A stretch of DNA of 64,000 nucleotides, taken from Kiritimatiellia bacterium (GTDB lineage: Bacteria; Verrucomicrobiota; Kiritimatiellia; SLAD01). The stretch is from contig SLGY01000011.1 in the NCBI GenBank assembly GCA_007136425.1, positions 5,559 through 69,558 on the forward strand. The letters are read 5' to 3'. Shown piece after piece: positions 27,601 through 36,301 of the stretch. The notes under the pieces are model-generated. The model searched no databases, was not told the origin of the DNA, and worked only from the letters and a program-made list of their open reading frames with translations. The translations under genes were made by a program, and so were the position numbers. How positions within the stretch are numbered: position 1 is the stretch's first letter; every line of letters begins with the position of its first letter.

Positions 27601-29553
27601 TTCCATGACCGGCGAGGTGGCGAAGAAGGCGCCTTGGAACGCGATCCCTTGCATGCGCAATTGCAGCTCGGGATCGGTGGCCTCATCGCGCGCAATCTTG
27701 AACGCATCGAGAAAGAATACGCGGATGTTGTTGTCGATGATGAATTTCTGTTTGGTCGGCGGGATCGTCTTCCAGACCGCGTCCGCCGATTGCAGGTCGC
27801 TTTGTATAATGAATACGCCGCCTTCCTTCAGGCCGAACAAGGGATTGGAATGGCTGAACACGTTCGGATCGGGCGATAGCACTACGTCCACATAATTGTA
27901 TTCGCAGTTGATCCGGATGGGTTCCGGCGCCGCGGAAAGGTAATAGGTCGTGGGCTGGCCTTTCTTTTCCGACCCGTATTTGGGGTTCGCCTTGATATCG
28001 TAACCGAGCAGATCATACAGCGTCATGGCGAGGTTCTTGCCGGTGGTGATGGCGCCCCAACCGCCGACGGAATGCATGCGGACGGTGATGGACCCGTCGG
28101 GCAGAAGATTCGGGTTTTCGCTGCCTTTCACGGCCAGATCCTGAATGTTGGGATACAGCTCGCGGATTTCCTGCTGATAGATCTCCTGTTTCGGCGTGAA
28201 AGGCTTTTCGTGCAGGAAATCGATGGAAAGATAAAAGAACTTCTTGCGATCCCCTTTTTCGACCATGTTCTCCACCGCACCGACAATCCCTTCCGGTTGC
28301 AGGTCGCGACTGCCCATGCCGAAGCAGCCGGAATAGAGGCGCGGATTGTCCTGCGCCTTCTTATACGCGGCATAACGCGGGTAGGGGACACCGTTCTTGC
28401 CCGAGTCCATACCGTTCTCGATGCTCTTCATGATGGCGGAGCGGATTTCGCGCACCAGCGGGAGATCTTCGGACAACGGCTGATCGGTTCGTTCAAGGAC
28501 CGTCACGCCCTTGCGCCCTTTCAGCAGGGCGGTGATCAGGTCCCCGGGGAACGGACGATACATCGTCATGTTCACGACGCCTACCTTGAGGCCACGCGTA
28601 TCGCGAAGATAGTCAGTGACGGCCTCGGCCGTCCCGATGAGGCTGCCCATGCCGAGGATCAGATATTCCGCATCATCGCAGCGATAGGTGGAAACGCGTT
28701 CGTAAGCGCGGCCCGTCAACGCGGAATACTCCGCCATGCATTGTTCCGCGATATCCCGGATATGCTCGAAGAAATATGGGCGCTGGGCGGCGACCGATTG
28801 CATGTACGCGTCCTGATTCTGAACGCAACCGGCCAGGACGGCGTTGTCGACATCCCAGAGAATCGGAATGCGCCGGCGCGTCTTGCCGTACATCAGTTGC
28901 TGGCCGGGTGTCGGGGTGTCGATGATATCGTCGGGATAGCCGAGATATTCCGCAATCAATTCGCGTTCCGGTACGCGCATGGTCTCAATGAGGTGCGTGG
29001 TCAAGAAGCCGTCCTGTCCCACGGCGCCCGGGGTCAAAGACAGTTCGGCGATCTTCCGGGCGATGATGTTCAGGTCGGCCGCCTGTTGTGCGTCTTTGGC
29101 CATGACCTGAAAGAATCCGGTGTCGTCCATCAGATGGTAATCGTCGTGTCCCGCATGGACGTTCAAGGTGGATTTCGTGATGGCGCGACAACCGATATTC
29201 AGAATGTAGGGGAGCCGCTTTCCGACGGCCGGGTACAGGGATTCGTGCATGTAGGCGATCCCCTGGCCGGACGAGAAATTCGATGCGCGCAATCCGCTCA
29301 TGGACATGCCGGCCGTGACGGCGGCCGCCGCATGCTCGCCTTCCGGTTCGAAGAAGATCAGGGGACGGCCGGAGATGTTGATGTGCCCCGCCGCCGTGGC
29401 TTCCGCCCAGTATTCGCCCATCTGCGTGGAGGGCGTGATGGGGTAGGCGCCCGCCGCGTCGCTCGATTCGCGTTCGCACATGATCACCGCGGTGTTGCCG
29501 TCCAGTGCGTCCAGTGTGCCGGGATATTTCGGTTTTTCGGTCTTTGCGCTCAT
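24619..29553 (-). CDS. Single-chain pyruvate(2-oxoacid):ferredoxin/flavodoxin oxidoreductase, long form with an extra C-terminal ferredoxin domain
   Basis: AYPITPST, EGEHAA, NPKYGSEKKG, CTACSDCFTVCP, CKGCMLCIDVC, GACTGCGEK, ATGCSSVYG, GGDGAMYDIG, YSNTGGQ; C-terminal CTSCDEC...AEKC; 1644 aa. Confidence 0.92.
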   Translation of the reverse strand: MSAKTEKPKYPGTLDALDGNTAVIMCERESSDAAGAYPITPSTQMGEYWAEATAAGHINISGRPLIFFEPEGEHAAAAVTAGMSMSGLRASNFSSGQGIAYMHESLYPAVGKRLPYILNIGCRAITKSTLNVHAGHDDYHLMDDTGFFQVMAKDAQQAADLNIIARKIAELSLTPGAVGQDGFLTTHLIETMRVPERELIAEYLGYPDDIIDTPTPGQQLMYGKTRRRIPILWDVDNAVLAGCVQNQDAYMQSVAAQRPYFFEHIRDIAEQCMAEYSALTGRAYERVSTYRCDDAEYLILGMGSLIGTAEAVTDYLRDTRGLKVGVVNMTMYRPFPGDLITALLKGRKGVTVLERTDQPLSEDLPLVREIRSAIMKSIENGMDSGKNGVPYPRYAAYKKAQDNPRLYSGCFGMGSRDLQPEGIVGAVENMVEKGDRKKFFYLSIDFLHEKPFTPKQEIYQQEIRELYPNIQDLAVKGSENPNLLPDGSITVRMHSVGGWGAITTGKNLAMTLYDLLGYDIKANPKYGSEKKGQPTTYYLSAAPEPIRINCEYNYVDVVLSPDPNVFSHSNPLFGLKEGGVFIIQSDLQSADAVWKTIPPTKQKFIIDNNIRVFFLDAFKIARDEATDPELQLRMQGIAFQGAFFATSPVMEQAKLTEEKLFNAIREQIESKFGSKGARVVEDNLRVVRRGFDEITEITDKQIAKDPNQDLKQGSNLPMMLKRMPASEDRKTDIHRFWEQTGSFYLGGRPNDNLADPFNAMSLIPANTGVYRDMTQIRFQHPVWIPENCTACSDCFTVCPDSAIPGIACSVNDAFSTTIKRVEKAGHEVKHLRRAVRTVEKKLRASTEGANGNAVDVGPLLDQAITATIEEAPDTDRQAIETEFGWFRESMGGFKFALTKPYYNQKEKQQKGTGGLYAITVNPYTCKGCMLCIDVCDDDALRPVDQTAESIEELRREWDYWMDLPSTPPEYIRIDDIDEKIGALETLLMDKTAYQSMVCGDGACTGCGEKSVLHIFTATVTTMMQRRVKKHVEHITDLIERLERHIKMKLADTVDISDSSRMQQVLEAHRKGDLKLAELAGALEEGKAGTPLDQDWLASVSGLLQKLKDLKWNYEVGATNNGRANMGFTNATGCSSVYGSSFPYNPYPFPWTNHLFQDAPSVAIGVFEGHMVKMADGFKAIRMAEAELEGDGKMEKVRESLTYFNWNDFTDEEFRLCPPVVAVGGDGAMYDIGFQNLSRALMSGRPVKILVLDTQVYSNTGGQACTSGFIGQVSDMAPYGKAWHGKTETRKEISLIGAAHRTAFIHQANLANYTHMIEGFIDGINSRRPALFNVYSVCQPEHAVGDDASFARSKMALESRAYPILRFDPDAGETWEDSLDLEGNPAIDDDWPVYTLNYEDEDGNAQHMELPMTFADFAVGEGRFRKHFRVAPQDTWNENMVPIAEFVEMPEDEREGLFPYVWGVNKKNRLIRVLVAEELVRATEERRDFWRTIKSLAGLMQKVDPDQIAKQVRAETAQKLASGLMAMLGGESDAGALKDLVSAPTGDGAAPAGGPEGKAPEAGYEPVWIDRNECTSCDECVNINPKIFAYDDEKKAYVKDPKGGPFKDIVRSAEKCTGQCIHPGTPPDPNEKNLDKLIKRAEKFQ

Positions 29554-29649
29554 GATGCGTTTCCTTCTTTATCTTTTCGTGTCGACTCTAAGTCCTTTTC
29601 ATCGTCCGTAGTTCCATTGTTCAGATTGTTGCTCACGCCCCTCTTCCCC

Positions 29650-29686
29650 CTGAACACTGAATACTGAAAACTGAATACTGAACACT
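29650..29686. repeat. Heptamer tandem repeat (CTGAAHA)n downstream of rnfB
   Basis: ctgaacactgaatactgaaaactgaatactgaacact. Confidence 0.85.
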
Positions 29687-29689
29687 CTC

Positions 29690-30568
29690 TTACTCCCCTT
29701 CAATCGGCAGTGGCGTTTTCCGCACGATCTTCTTCGCCGCCGCGCCCTTGATGACCCGGTCCTTTTCCAGCCAGACAATCGCGCCGGTGGGACAACGTTC
29801 GATGGCGACCGGAGAAGCCATGTCGTTCTTGGAATAATCGACAACGGCAAGATTGTTTTCCATGCGGATGACGTCCGGCAAATCCATTGCGCACCGACCG
29901 CAGGCGTTGCACGCCACTTCGCATTCTTCCAGAGCCGCATCGCCTTCTTGCAGGTTCTTGCAGGCTACCCAGAGCTTGTGGCTTACCGGGTGCAGGCTGA
30001 AAAGGTCCAGGGGACAGGCGATGACACAGTCGTTGCACGCCGTGCATTTGTCTTCGATCACCACGGGCAGCCCGAACTCGTTCATGTAGATGGCGTCAAA
30101 CGTGCAGGACTCGTCGCAATCGCCGAGTCCCAGACAACCCCATGCGCACGCCTTCCCGCCGCCGCCCGCTGCAACGGCGGCCCGGCAGGAATCCACGCCC
30201 GCATAACGCGCGCGCATCTTGGCCACATGCGTTCCGCCCGCACAGGCCAGTCGTGCAACGACCTTCTCCTGCTGCCCTAGTGCAACACCGAGAAAGTCCG
30301 CGATCTCCTGATTGGCCTCGGGAGAATTGACCGTGCATTTCGAGGGGGGCGCCTCGCCCTTGACGGTCGCTTCGGCAAAAGCGCGACAGCCCGGATAGCC
30401 GCACGCGCCGCAATTGGCCGCCGGCAACATCTCTTCTACCTCGTCGATACGGGGGTCTTCATGCACATATAATTTGCGCACGGCAAGGGCGATCACGATC
30501 GCGAGAACCGCGCCCAGGGCGACCATGAAGATTACGGCCGGTGTAACCTGTTCGAGCAGAGCCATCAT
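29690..30568 (-). CDS. rnfB: Rnf complex subunit B
   Basis: TM anchor, LPAANCGACGYPGCRAFA, CAWGCLGLGDC, CTACNDCVIACP, CNACGRC. Confidence 0.94.
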   Translation of the reverse strand: MMALLEQVTPAVIFMVALGAVLAIVIALAVRKLYVHEDPRIDEVEEMLPAANCGACGYPGCRAFAEATVKGEAPPSKCTVNSPEANQEIADFLGVALGQQEKVVARLACAGGTHVAKMRARYAGVDSCRAAVAAGGGGKACAWGCLGLGDCDESCTFDAIYMNEFGLPVVIEDKCTACNDCVIACPLDLFSLHPVSHKLWVACKNLQEGDAALEECEVACNACGRCAMDLPDVIRMENNLAVVDYSKNDMASPVAIERCPTGAIVWLEKDRVIKGAAAKKIVRKTPLPIEGE

Positions 30569-30763
30569 CCCCCTTGTTGAACTGCATTAAATCGAATTGC
30601 CATCAGTATCAGCACACTAACGAAGCGATTACGACAAAACAATCGGGGGTGCGCCCCTTGTGGGTATCGGGGAAACGCTGAACGCCTTTAAGGGGGGGCT
30701 ATGGCAGCCTGGCAGCCCCTGCAATAGAGTAAGGGCGTGTTCAATTCAAATTATGTCGGCGTA

Positions 30764-31639
30764 CTAATACAACAACTCGACCCAGCGTTTTTCATCCCTC
30801 AAGCGTTTCTTGAGCTCCTGCCACTTCTGGGGGCTACCCGTCAGCGTACTGAACATCTCGTCAAGATGCTGTCCGATGGCTTGGAGGCCGGCGACATAGA
30901 CGTAGGTCTTCCGTTTGTCGAGTAATTCGAGCAATTCATTGCCCCGCTCGGAATAGGCGCCGTCCCAGGCGATCGGATCCGCCCAGTTCGGCGGGGGACT
31001 CAAGGCCTTGAGCGCGTCGAACGTCTCCGAGTCGAAGTATAGCAGCACGTCCTCTTTCGGGTCGTTGGTGTACAGGACATCCAATCCGTTGCGTGTGCCG
31101 TAAAAGACGCGGACAACCCCTTCCCAGTCGGGCACGTCCCGGTGCAACTTCTTCAGAAACGCGCGAAACGGCGCAATGCCGGGGCCCGCACCGATCAAGA
31201 TAAGCGTGGCATCCTTTTCCACCGGGATTTCGAAGGGAATGCCGTAAGGTCCCGTGATGCGCAGCGGTTCGTTCGGTGTCAGATCACAGAGATAATTTGA
31301 AGCGATCCCTTTATAGATGACGCCGGTATCCGGATGTTTTTGCACGTGACGCCGGACACAGATCGTAAAGCATGGATTTCCGCTCTCGCTCTTGCTTGGC
31401 ATGTCCGCAATGCTGTACCAGCGCAAATGCCATCGTTCCGGCGACGCCGAATGCAAGGGCGCCAGCACCCCGATGCTTTGTCCCACTTCGCACGTAAATG
31501 AGGGTTCCTGGACTTCGATCACTAATTCGCGGACTTCATCCGTTTGTTCGCTGCCTTCCGGCAACAGATGTCGGTTCGAAAGAAGGACGGCGGGATGATG
31601 CGCCGCGTTGGTTCCCGTGATCGATGTTGCGTTGTTCAT
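30764..31639 (-). CDS. Ferredoxin-NAD(P) reductase, FNR family, paralogue 2 (divergent)
   Basis: GQSIGVLAP, RWYSIAD, CVRR, GIASNYLCD, TGPYG, GAGPGIAPFRAF, C-terminal WVELLY. Confidence 0.85.
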   Translation of the reverse strand: MNNATSITGTNAAHHPAVLLSNRHLLPEGSEQTDEVRELVIEVQEPSFTCEVGQSIGVLAPLHSASPERWHLRWYSIADMPSKSESGNPCFTICVRRHVQKHPDTGVIYKGIASNYLCDLTPNEPLRITGPYGIPFEIPVEKDATLILIGAGPGIAPFRAFLKKLHRDVPDWEGVVRVFYGTRNGLDVLYTNDPKEDVLLYFDSETFDALKALSPPPNWADPIAWDGAYSERGNELLELLDKRKTYVYVAGLQAIGQHLDEMFSTLTGSPQKWQELKKRLRDEKRWVELLY

Positions 31640-31859
31640 GTGACTCCCTCCGATGCAAGCAGGTCAAATCAAGTCTTCATTCAATAGTGATCATATCGCC
31701 CGCACGCAAGATGTATATCGGGGTGCGCGTCCTACAAGCAATGGGGGATTCTCTGATAAGAGATACACCCTGCGCCATATTGTCACTTGCCTTTGCGCCG
31801 GATAATCTCTTACATACACGCTCTCTTATACAAAATATAGATTCAAAGGGGTATTGAGT

Positions 31860-33653
31860 ATGAGTCATGAAGTCGACCCGAAAGACGCGGTTTCCAAGCG
31901 TACGCTAGCCAAAAAACTGAGACAGGCGGAGAAGGCCGCCCGGGAGAAAGCCATCAAACAGCGGGAAAAATTCCGCGGTTTGCAGATTCGTCCGACGGCG
32001 ACATTCTTTGATGACGCGGACGCCAAAGAGCCCGGCGAAGATAACTGGAGCGGGTTTGGCTTCGATATTCATCCCCATGTGACGTTTGTGTCGGCGATTG
32101 TGTTGGCTATCTTCATTGCCCTAACGCTCATGTTCCAGACGCAGGCGGCCGAGCTGAGTTCAACGGCGTTGGGATGGATTTCCAGCAGTTTCGGGTGGTT
32201 CTTCATTCTGTCCGCGAACGTCTTTATCTTGGCGGCGCTGTTCTTCGCCTTCAGCCGTTTCGGTCGGATTCGGATCGGCGGGCAGAAGGCCCAGCCGGAA
32301 TTTTCGACTCCGGCTTGGTATGCCATGCTTTTGAGCGCAGGTATGGGCATCGGGCTGATGTTCTGGGCTGTGGGGGAGCCCATGTTCCATTACGACGCGC
32401 CTTCGCCGATGTTCACGGGTCTTGAGGCGCATACCGCGGAAGCGGCTCAGGCGGCCATGGGGGTGACCTTCTTTCATTGGGGGCTGCATCCCTGGGCCAT
32501 TTACGCCGTCGTGGCTTTGGGGCTGGCCTTTTTCGCCTATAACCGGGGGTTGCCCCTGACGATTCGTTCGATCTTTTATCCGCTGCTCGGCAACCGGATT
32601 CACGGAGTGTGGGGCAATATTATCGATATTCTTTCCGTACTGGCTACGTTGATGGGGTTGGCCACTTCACTGGGGCTCGGGGTTCAGCAGGTCAACGCCG
32701 GTTTGAACCACCTGTTCGGGTTGAATATAAGTCCTGAAATGCAGGTGACCCTGATTGTCGTCATTACGGCCGTGGCCACGATTTCCGTCATGGCGGGGTT
32801 GGACAACGGTGTGAAGAGGCTGAGCGAATGGAATATGGGGTTGGCCGCGCTCCTGGCCTTATTCGTGCTGATCGTAGGACCCACGGTCTATATCTTCAGC
32901 GCGTTCACACAGAGTACCGGCTTTTACCTGGCCAACTTTGCACAGCTTAGTCTGTGGACGGAAACGTTCAGCGATACCAACTGGCAGGGCGCCTGGACCG
33001 TATTCTATTGGGCCTGGTGGATATCCTGGTCGCCCTTCGTGGGGATGTTCATCGCGCGTATTTCCAAAGGACGCAGCGTTCGCGAATTCGTGTTGGGCGT
33101 GATGTTGATTCCGACGCTGCTCTCGTTTATCTGGATGGCGGTGTTCGGCGGGGCCGCGCTCTCGCTGCAAACCGCCGGTATCGCGGATATCGTGGCGGCG
33201 GTAAATGAAAATGTGGCCACCGCCATGTTCGCCATGTTCGAGAACTTCCCGATCTCATCCGTGCTATCCATCATCGCCGTTATCCTGGTAACGGTCTTCT
33301 TCGTGACTTCGTCCGATTCCGGCTCGTTGGTGGTGGACCATTTGACGTCGGGCGGCAAACTCGATTCTCCGGTGCCGCAGCGCGTATTCTGGTGCATCAT
33401 GGAAGGCCTCGTCGCCGCCGTGCTCCTATTGGGTGGAGGTCTGCAGACCCTTCAAACGGCCGCTATCACGACGGGCCTTCCGTTTACCGTCGTGTTGCTG
33501 CTGATAATCTATTCTCTTTTTGTCGGGTTGAACCAGGAATTGTATGTCGAGGAGTCCGTTGAAAAACAATTGCAAGCGGTACGCGAGGAACATCGCTTAA
33601 CGGAAGCGATAGCCGAAGCGACGTCGAACAATGATACCGACGCCGGGAAATAA
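31860..33653 (+). CDS. BCCT family betaine/choline/carnitine transporter
   Basis: SAGMGIGLMFW, FFHWGLHPWAIY, WTVFYWAWWISWSPFVGMFIARIS, FFVTSSDSGS. Confidence 0.95.
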   Translation: MSHEVDPKDAVSKRTLAKKLRQAEKAAREKAIKQREKFRGLQIRPTATFFDDADAKEPGEDNWSGFGFDIHPHVTFVSAIVLAIFIALTLMFQTQAAELSSTALGWISSSFGWFFILSANVFILAALFFAFSRFGRIRIGGQKAQPEFSTPAWYAMLLSAGMGIGLMFWAVGEPMFHYDAPSPMFTGLEAHTAEAAQAAMGVTFFHWGLHPWAIYAVVALGLAFFAYNRGLPLTIRSIFYPLLGNRIHGVWGNIIDILSVLATLMGLATSLGLGVQQVNAGLNHLFGLNISPEMQVTLIVVITAVATISVMAGLDNGVKRLSEWNMGLAALLALFVLIVGPTVYIFSAFTQSTGFYLANFAQLSLWTETFSDTNWQGAWTVFYWAWWISWSPFVGMFIARISKGRSVREFVLGVMLIPTLLSFIWMAVFGGAALSLQTAGIADIVAAVNENVATAMFAMFENFPISSVLSIIAVILVTVFFVTSSDSGSLVVDHLTSGGKLDSPVPQRVFWCIMEGLVAAVLLLGGGLQTLQTAAITTGLPFTVVLLLIIYSLFVGLNQELYVEESVEKQLQAVREEHRLTEAIAEATSNNDTDAGK

Positions 33654-33825
33654 ATATCGAATAGATGGTTGACGTATCGGCTCAGTTTGCAATCATAACA
33701 TCATTCACCGGGTTCAATCGGGGTTATGCTATATGCATGAACAGTGGTTGAATCCACAATAAAGACGCCTTGCACCTGTGGGTGGTGCGGGGTCGTGCCA
33801 ACAAAAAAAGAAAGGAGACATTGCA

Positions 33826-35079
33826 ATGATGTCTAACAAACAATGCCGGACAGTCGGTATCAGTGCGGTGGTTGCGTTGTTTGCCCTTGTTCAAGTTCCT
33901 GAAGTCGACGCGATCGGGCATGAAATCGGTCCGCTGACGATCGGGGGCGCCATGCGCGCCAACTATGTCTTGGGCGATTACGAAAAAGACGGTTCCGGCG
34001 CGCCACAGCGCGGCGGTGAGGGAGGTGACTTCGAACTGGACACGTTCCGGATCAACCTCGGCTTCCAGCAGGACGAGTTCATCGGGGCGGTGGAATATCG
34101 CTGGTATACCGGATACAACTTCCTGCACACGGGTTATGTCGGGTATGAAGCCGATGATTTCGGTCGTCTCGTAGTGGGCCATACCCGGGTTCCCTTCGGT
34201 GTAGGACCATACGGGCCGGCGAACAGCTGGTTCTTCGATCAGCATTACTATGTCGGTTTGTCGGACATGATGAAAATCGGCGCGACCTATACGCGCTCTT
34301 TTGACGAGCTGACGTTCGATCTGGGCTACTACGCCATTGACATTCCGAACGGGCGTGGCGCCTCGGATGAAAGCTCGCGTTATTCCTACGCTATTGTGCC
34401 CGAGGACGTAGCCGACATTCCGGGTGTGTACGAAGAGGAAAATCAGGTCAATGCCCGGGTGATCTATTCGCTGGAACAGCTCAACACCGATGTCGGTGTA
34501 TCGGCGCAGTGGTCGCAATTGAACGCGCAGGATAATCGCGCCTCGAACTCCGATGCGTACGCGTTCAGCGTGCATTCTTCGAGCACTTTCGGTCCGTTGG
34601 GGCTGATGCTGCAACTCTCGTCCTACAAGTTCGACACCGACTACAACGAAGTGGATGGTGTGCGGCCCAACAACGATTTGATCGTGATGGGCGCCTATGA
34701 CTTTGCATGGCCCGTGGCCAGCGAAGGCATCATTCCGTCCGTAGCCGTGTCCTACACGATTACGCCGGAAACGGATTGGGTCGATTCCATCACGTTCTAC
34801 AACGATTACAGCGTGATCCTGAAAGACGGCGATCTCAACGGCTCGAGCTTCAATGACAGCCAGTTGAACGTGACGGGCATGGCGATCGCCAAAGACGGCT
34901 GGTACATCTACGTCGATTACGCGCTCTCCGACGGCAACTATTTTGTCGGCGACAAGGGCGATGATTACGGCTTCGGCGATGACGGAGAGTTCGCCGCTGC
35001 GTCCGTCGGTGATTTCGGCGCCAACCAGAATGACAAGTGGAACGGCCGATTTAACATCAACTTCGGCTACTACTTCTAA
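33826..35079 (+). CDS. Putative outer-membrane beta-barrel porin (acidic)
   Basis: Signal peptide, amphipathic strands, C-terminal BAM-type motif RFNINFGYYF; AGGAG RBS; lies between the BCCT gene and proV. Confidence 0.75.
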   Translation: MMSNKQCRTVGISAVVALFALVQVPEVDAIGHEIGPLTIGGAMRANYVLGDYEKDGSGAPQRGGEGGDFELDTFRINLGFQQDEFIGAVEYRWYTGYNFLHTGYVGYEADDFGRLVVGHTRVPFGVGPYGPANSWFFDQHYYVGLSDMMKIGATYTRSFDELTFDLGYYAIDIPNGRGASDESSRYSYAIVPEDVADIPGVYEEENQVNARVIYSLEQLNTDVGVSAQWSQLNAQDNRASNSDAYAFSVHSSSTFGPLGLMLQLSSYKFDTDYNEVDGVRPNNDLIVMGAYDFAWPVASEGIIPSVAVSYTITPETDWVDSITFYNDYSVILKDGDLNGSSFNDSQLNVTGMAIAKDGWYIYVDYALSDGNYFVGDKGDDYGFGDDGEFAAASVGDFGANQNDKWNGRFNINFGYYF

Positions 35080-35098
35080 GGTAGGCGGGAAGTAATTC

Positions 35099-36301
35099 AT
35101 GACGGATAACAAACCGGTTATTGAGGTCCGGGCTCTCTATAAGATATTCGGAGCCCGGACCTCCGAAGCCAAGAAGATGGCGGACGCGGGGAGCGCCCGG
35201 CCCGAGATTCTGAAGAAGACCGGGTGCGTCCCCGCCGTTGTCGATGCAAGTTTCTCGGTGCATAAGCGGGAGACCTTCGTCATCATGGGGTTGTCGGGCA
35301 GCGGCAAGTCCACGCTGCTGCGCCTCCTGAATCGGCTGATCGAGCCGACCTATGGGGAGGTGTATGTGGATGGCGGGGATATATCCGGCTTGAACCGGGA
35401 CGCATTGCGGGAGGTGCGTAGGAAGAAGTTTTCCATGGTGTTCCAGCATTTCGGGCTGCTCCCGCACCGGAATGTGTTGGAAAACGTCGGGTTCGGCCTC
35501 GAAATTCAAGGGATGGGCGAGGAGGCCCGCCGTGAGAAGTCGATGCAAGCTGTTCAGGTCGTAGGCCTTGACGGCTACGAAAACAGCGCGGTAAACGAGC
35601 TCAGCGGCGGCATGCAACAACGCGTAGGACTGGCGCGCGCTCTGGCCACCGATCCCGAAATCCTGTTGATGGACGAGGCATTCAGCGCGCTGGATCCCTT
35701 GATCCGCAACCAGATGCAAGATGAGCTGATCGAGCTGCAGGCGCGCTTGCACAAGACCGTGGTCTTCATTACCCACGATCTGGACGAAGCCCTCAAATTG
35801 GGCGATCGCATCGCCATTATGAAGGATGGGCGCATCGACCAGATCGGCACCCCGGAAGGCATTCTAACGGAGCCGGCCACGGATTATGTGCGCGCCTTCG
35901 TCGAGAATGTGGATCGCAGCAAGGTGCTTACGGCCGCCAGCGTCATGAAGAAGACGCCGACGGTTTCCACGCACAAGGACGGGCCGCATCAGGCCGTCCG
36001 GAATATGGAGCACGAAAATCATTCTTCGATTTTTGTGGTCGATCAGGACCGCAAGTTTCTCGGTCTGGTTACGATCGACGACGCAGTGAAGGAATCCAAG
36101 AAAGGCGGTCGCTCGCTGGACTCCATTATCCGGGGCGAAATTCCCACGGTCGAAATGAACACCGTGCTGCGGGATGTCGTGCCGTTGGCTAGCGGATCGA
36201 ATCTGCCCATTCCGGTGCTTAAGGAAGACGGGACACTGGCCGGCATCGTCACACGGGCCGCACTCCTATCGGCGTTATCCGCGGAAGGAGATGCAGCATG
36301 A
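35099..36301 (+). CDS. proV: Glycine betaine/proline ABC transporter ATPase with CBS domains
   Basis: GLSGSGKST, LSGGMQQRVGLARA, LMDEAFSALDPLIR, C-terminal CBS pair. Confidence 0.93.
   Translation: MTDNKPVIEVRALYKIFGARTSEAKKMADAGSARPEILKKTGCVPAVVDASFSVHKRETFVIMGLSGSGKSTLLRLLNRLIEPTYGEVYVDGGDISGLNRDALREVRRKKFSMVFQHFGLLPHRNVLENVGFGLEIQGMGEEARREKSMQAVQVVGLDGYENSAVNELSGGMQQRVGLARALATDPEILLMDEAFSALDPLIRNQMQDELIELQARLHKTVVFITHDLDEALKLGDRIAIMKDGRIDQIGTPEGILTEPATDYVRAFVENVDRSKVLTAASVMKKTPTVSTHKDGPHQAVRNMEHENHSSIFVVDQDRKFLGLVTIDDAVKESKKGGRSLDSIIRGEIPTVEMNTVLRDVVPLASGSNLPIPVLKEDGTLAGIVTRAALLSALSAEGDAA

Noticed and set aside
24691..29667. Long plus-strand ORFs (515 and 531 aa) opposite the PFOR gene
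   Set aside because: Antisense shadows with no recognisable domains.
30569..30763. Riboswitch or Rex/FNR box upstream of rnfB
   Set aside because: Only short GC hairpins; no convincing consensus.
33654..33825. BetI-like operator upstream of the porin
   Set aside because: ATTCACCGGGTTCAAT resembles the consensus only loosely, and no betI gene is in the window.
33724..35112. 462-aa minus-strand ORF opposite the porin
   Set aside because: The plus-strand ORF has the RBS, signal peptide, terminal Phe and operon context.
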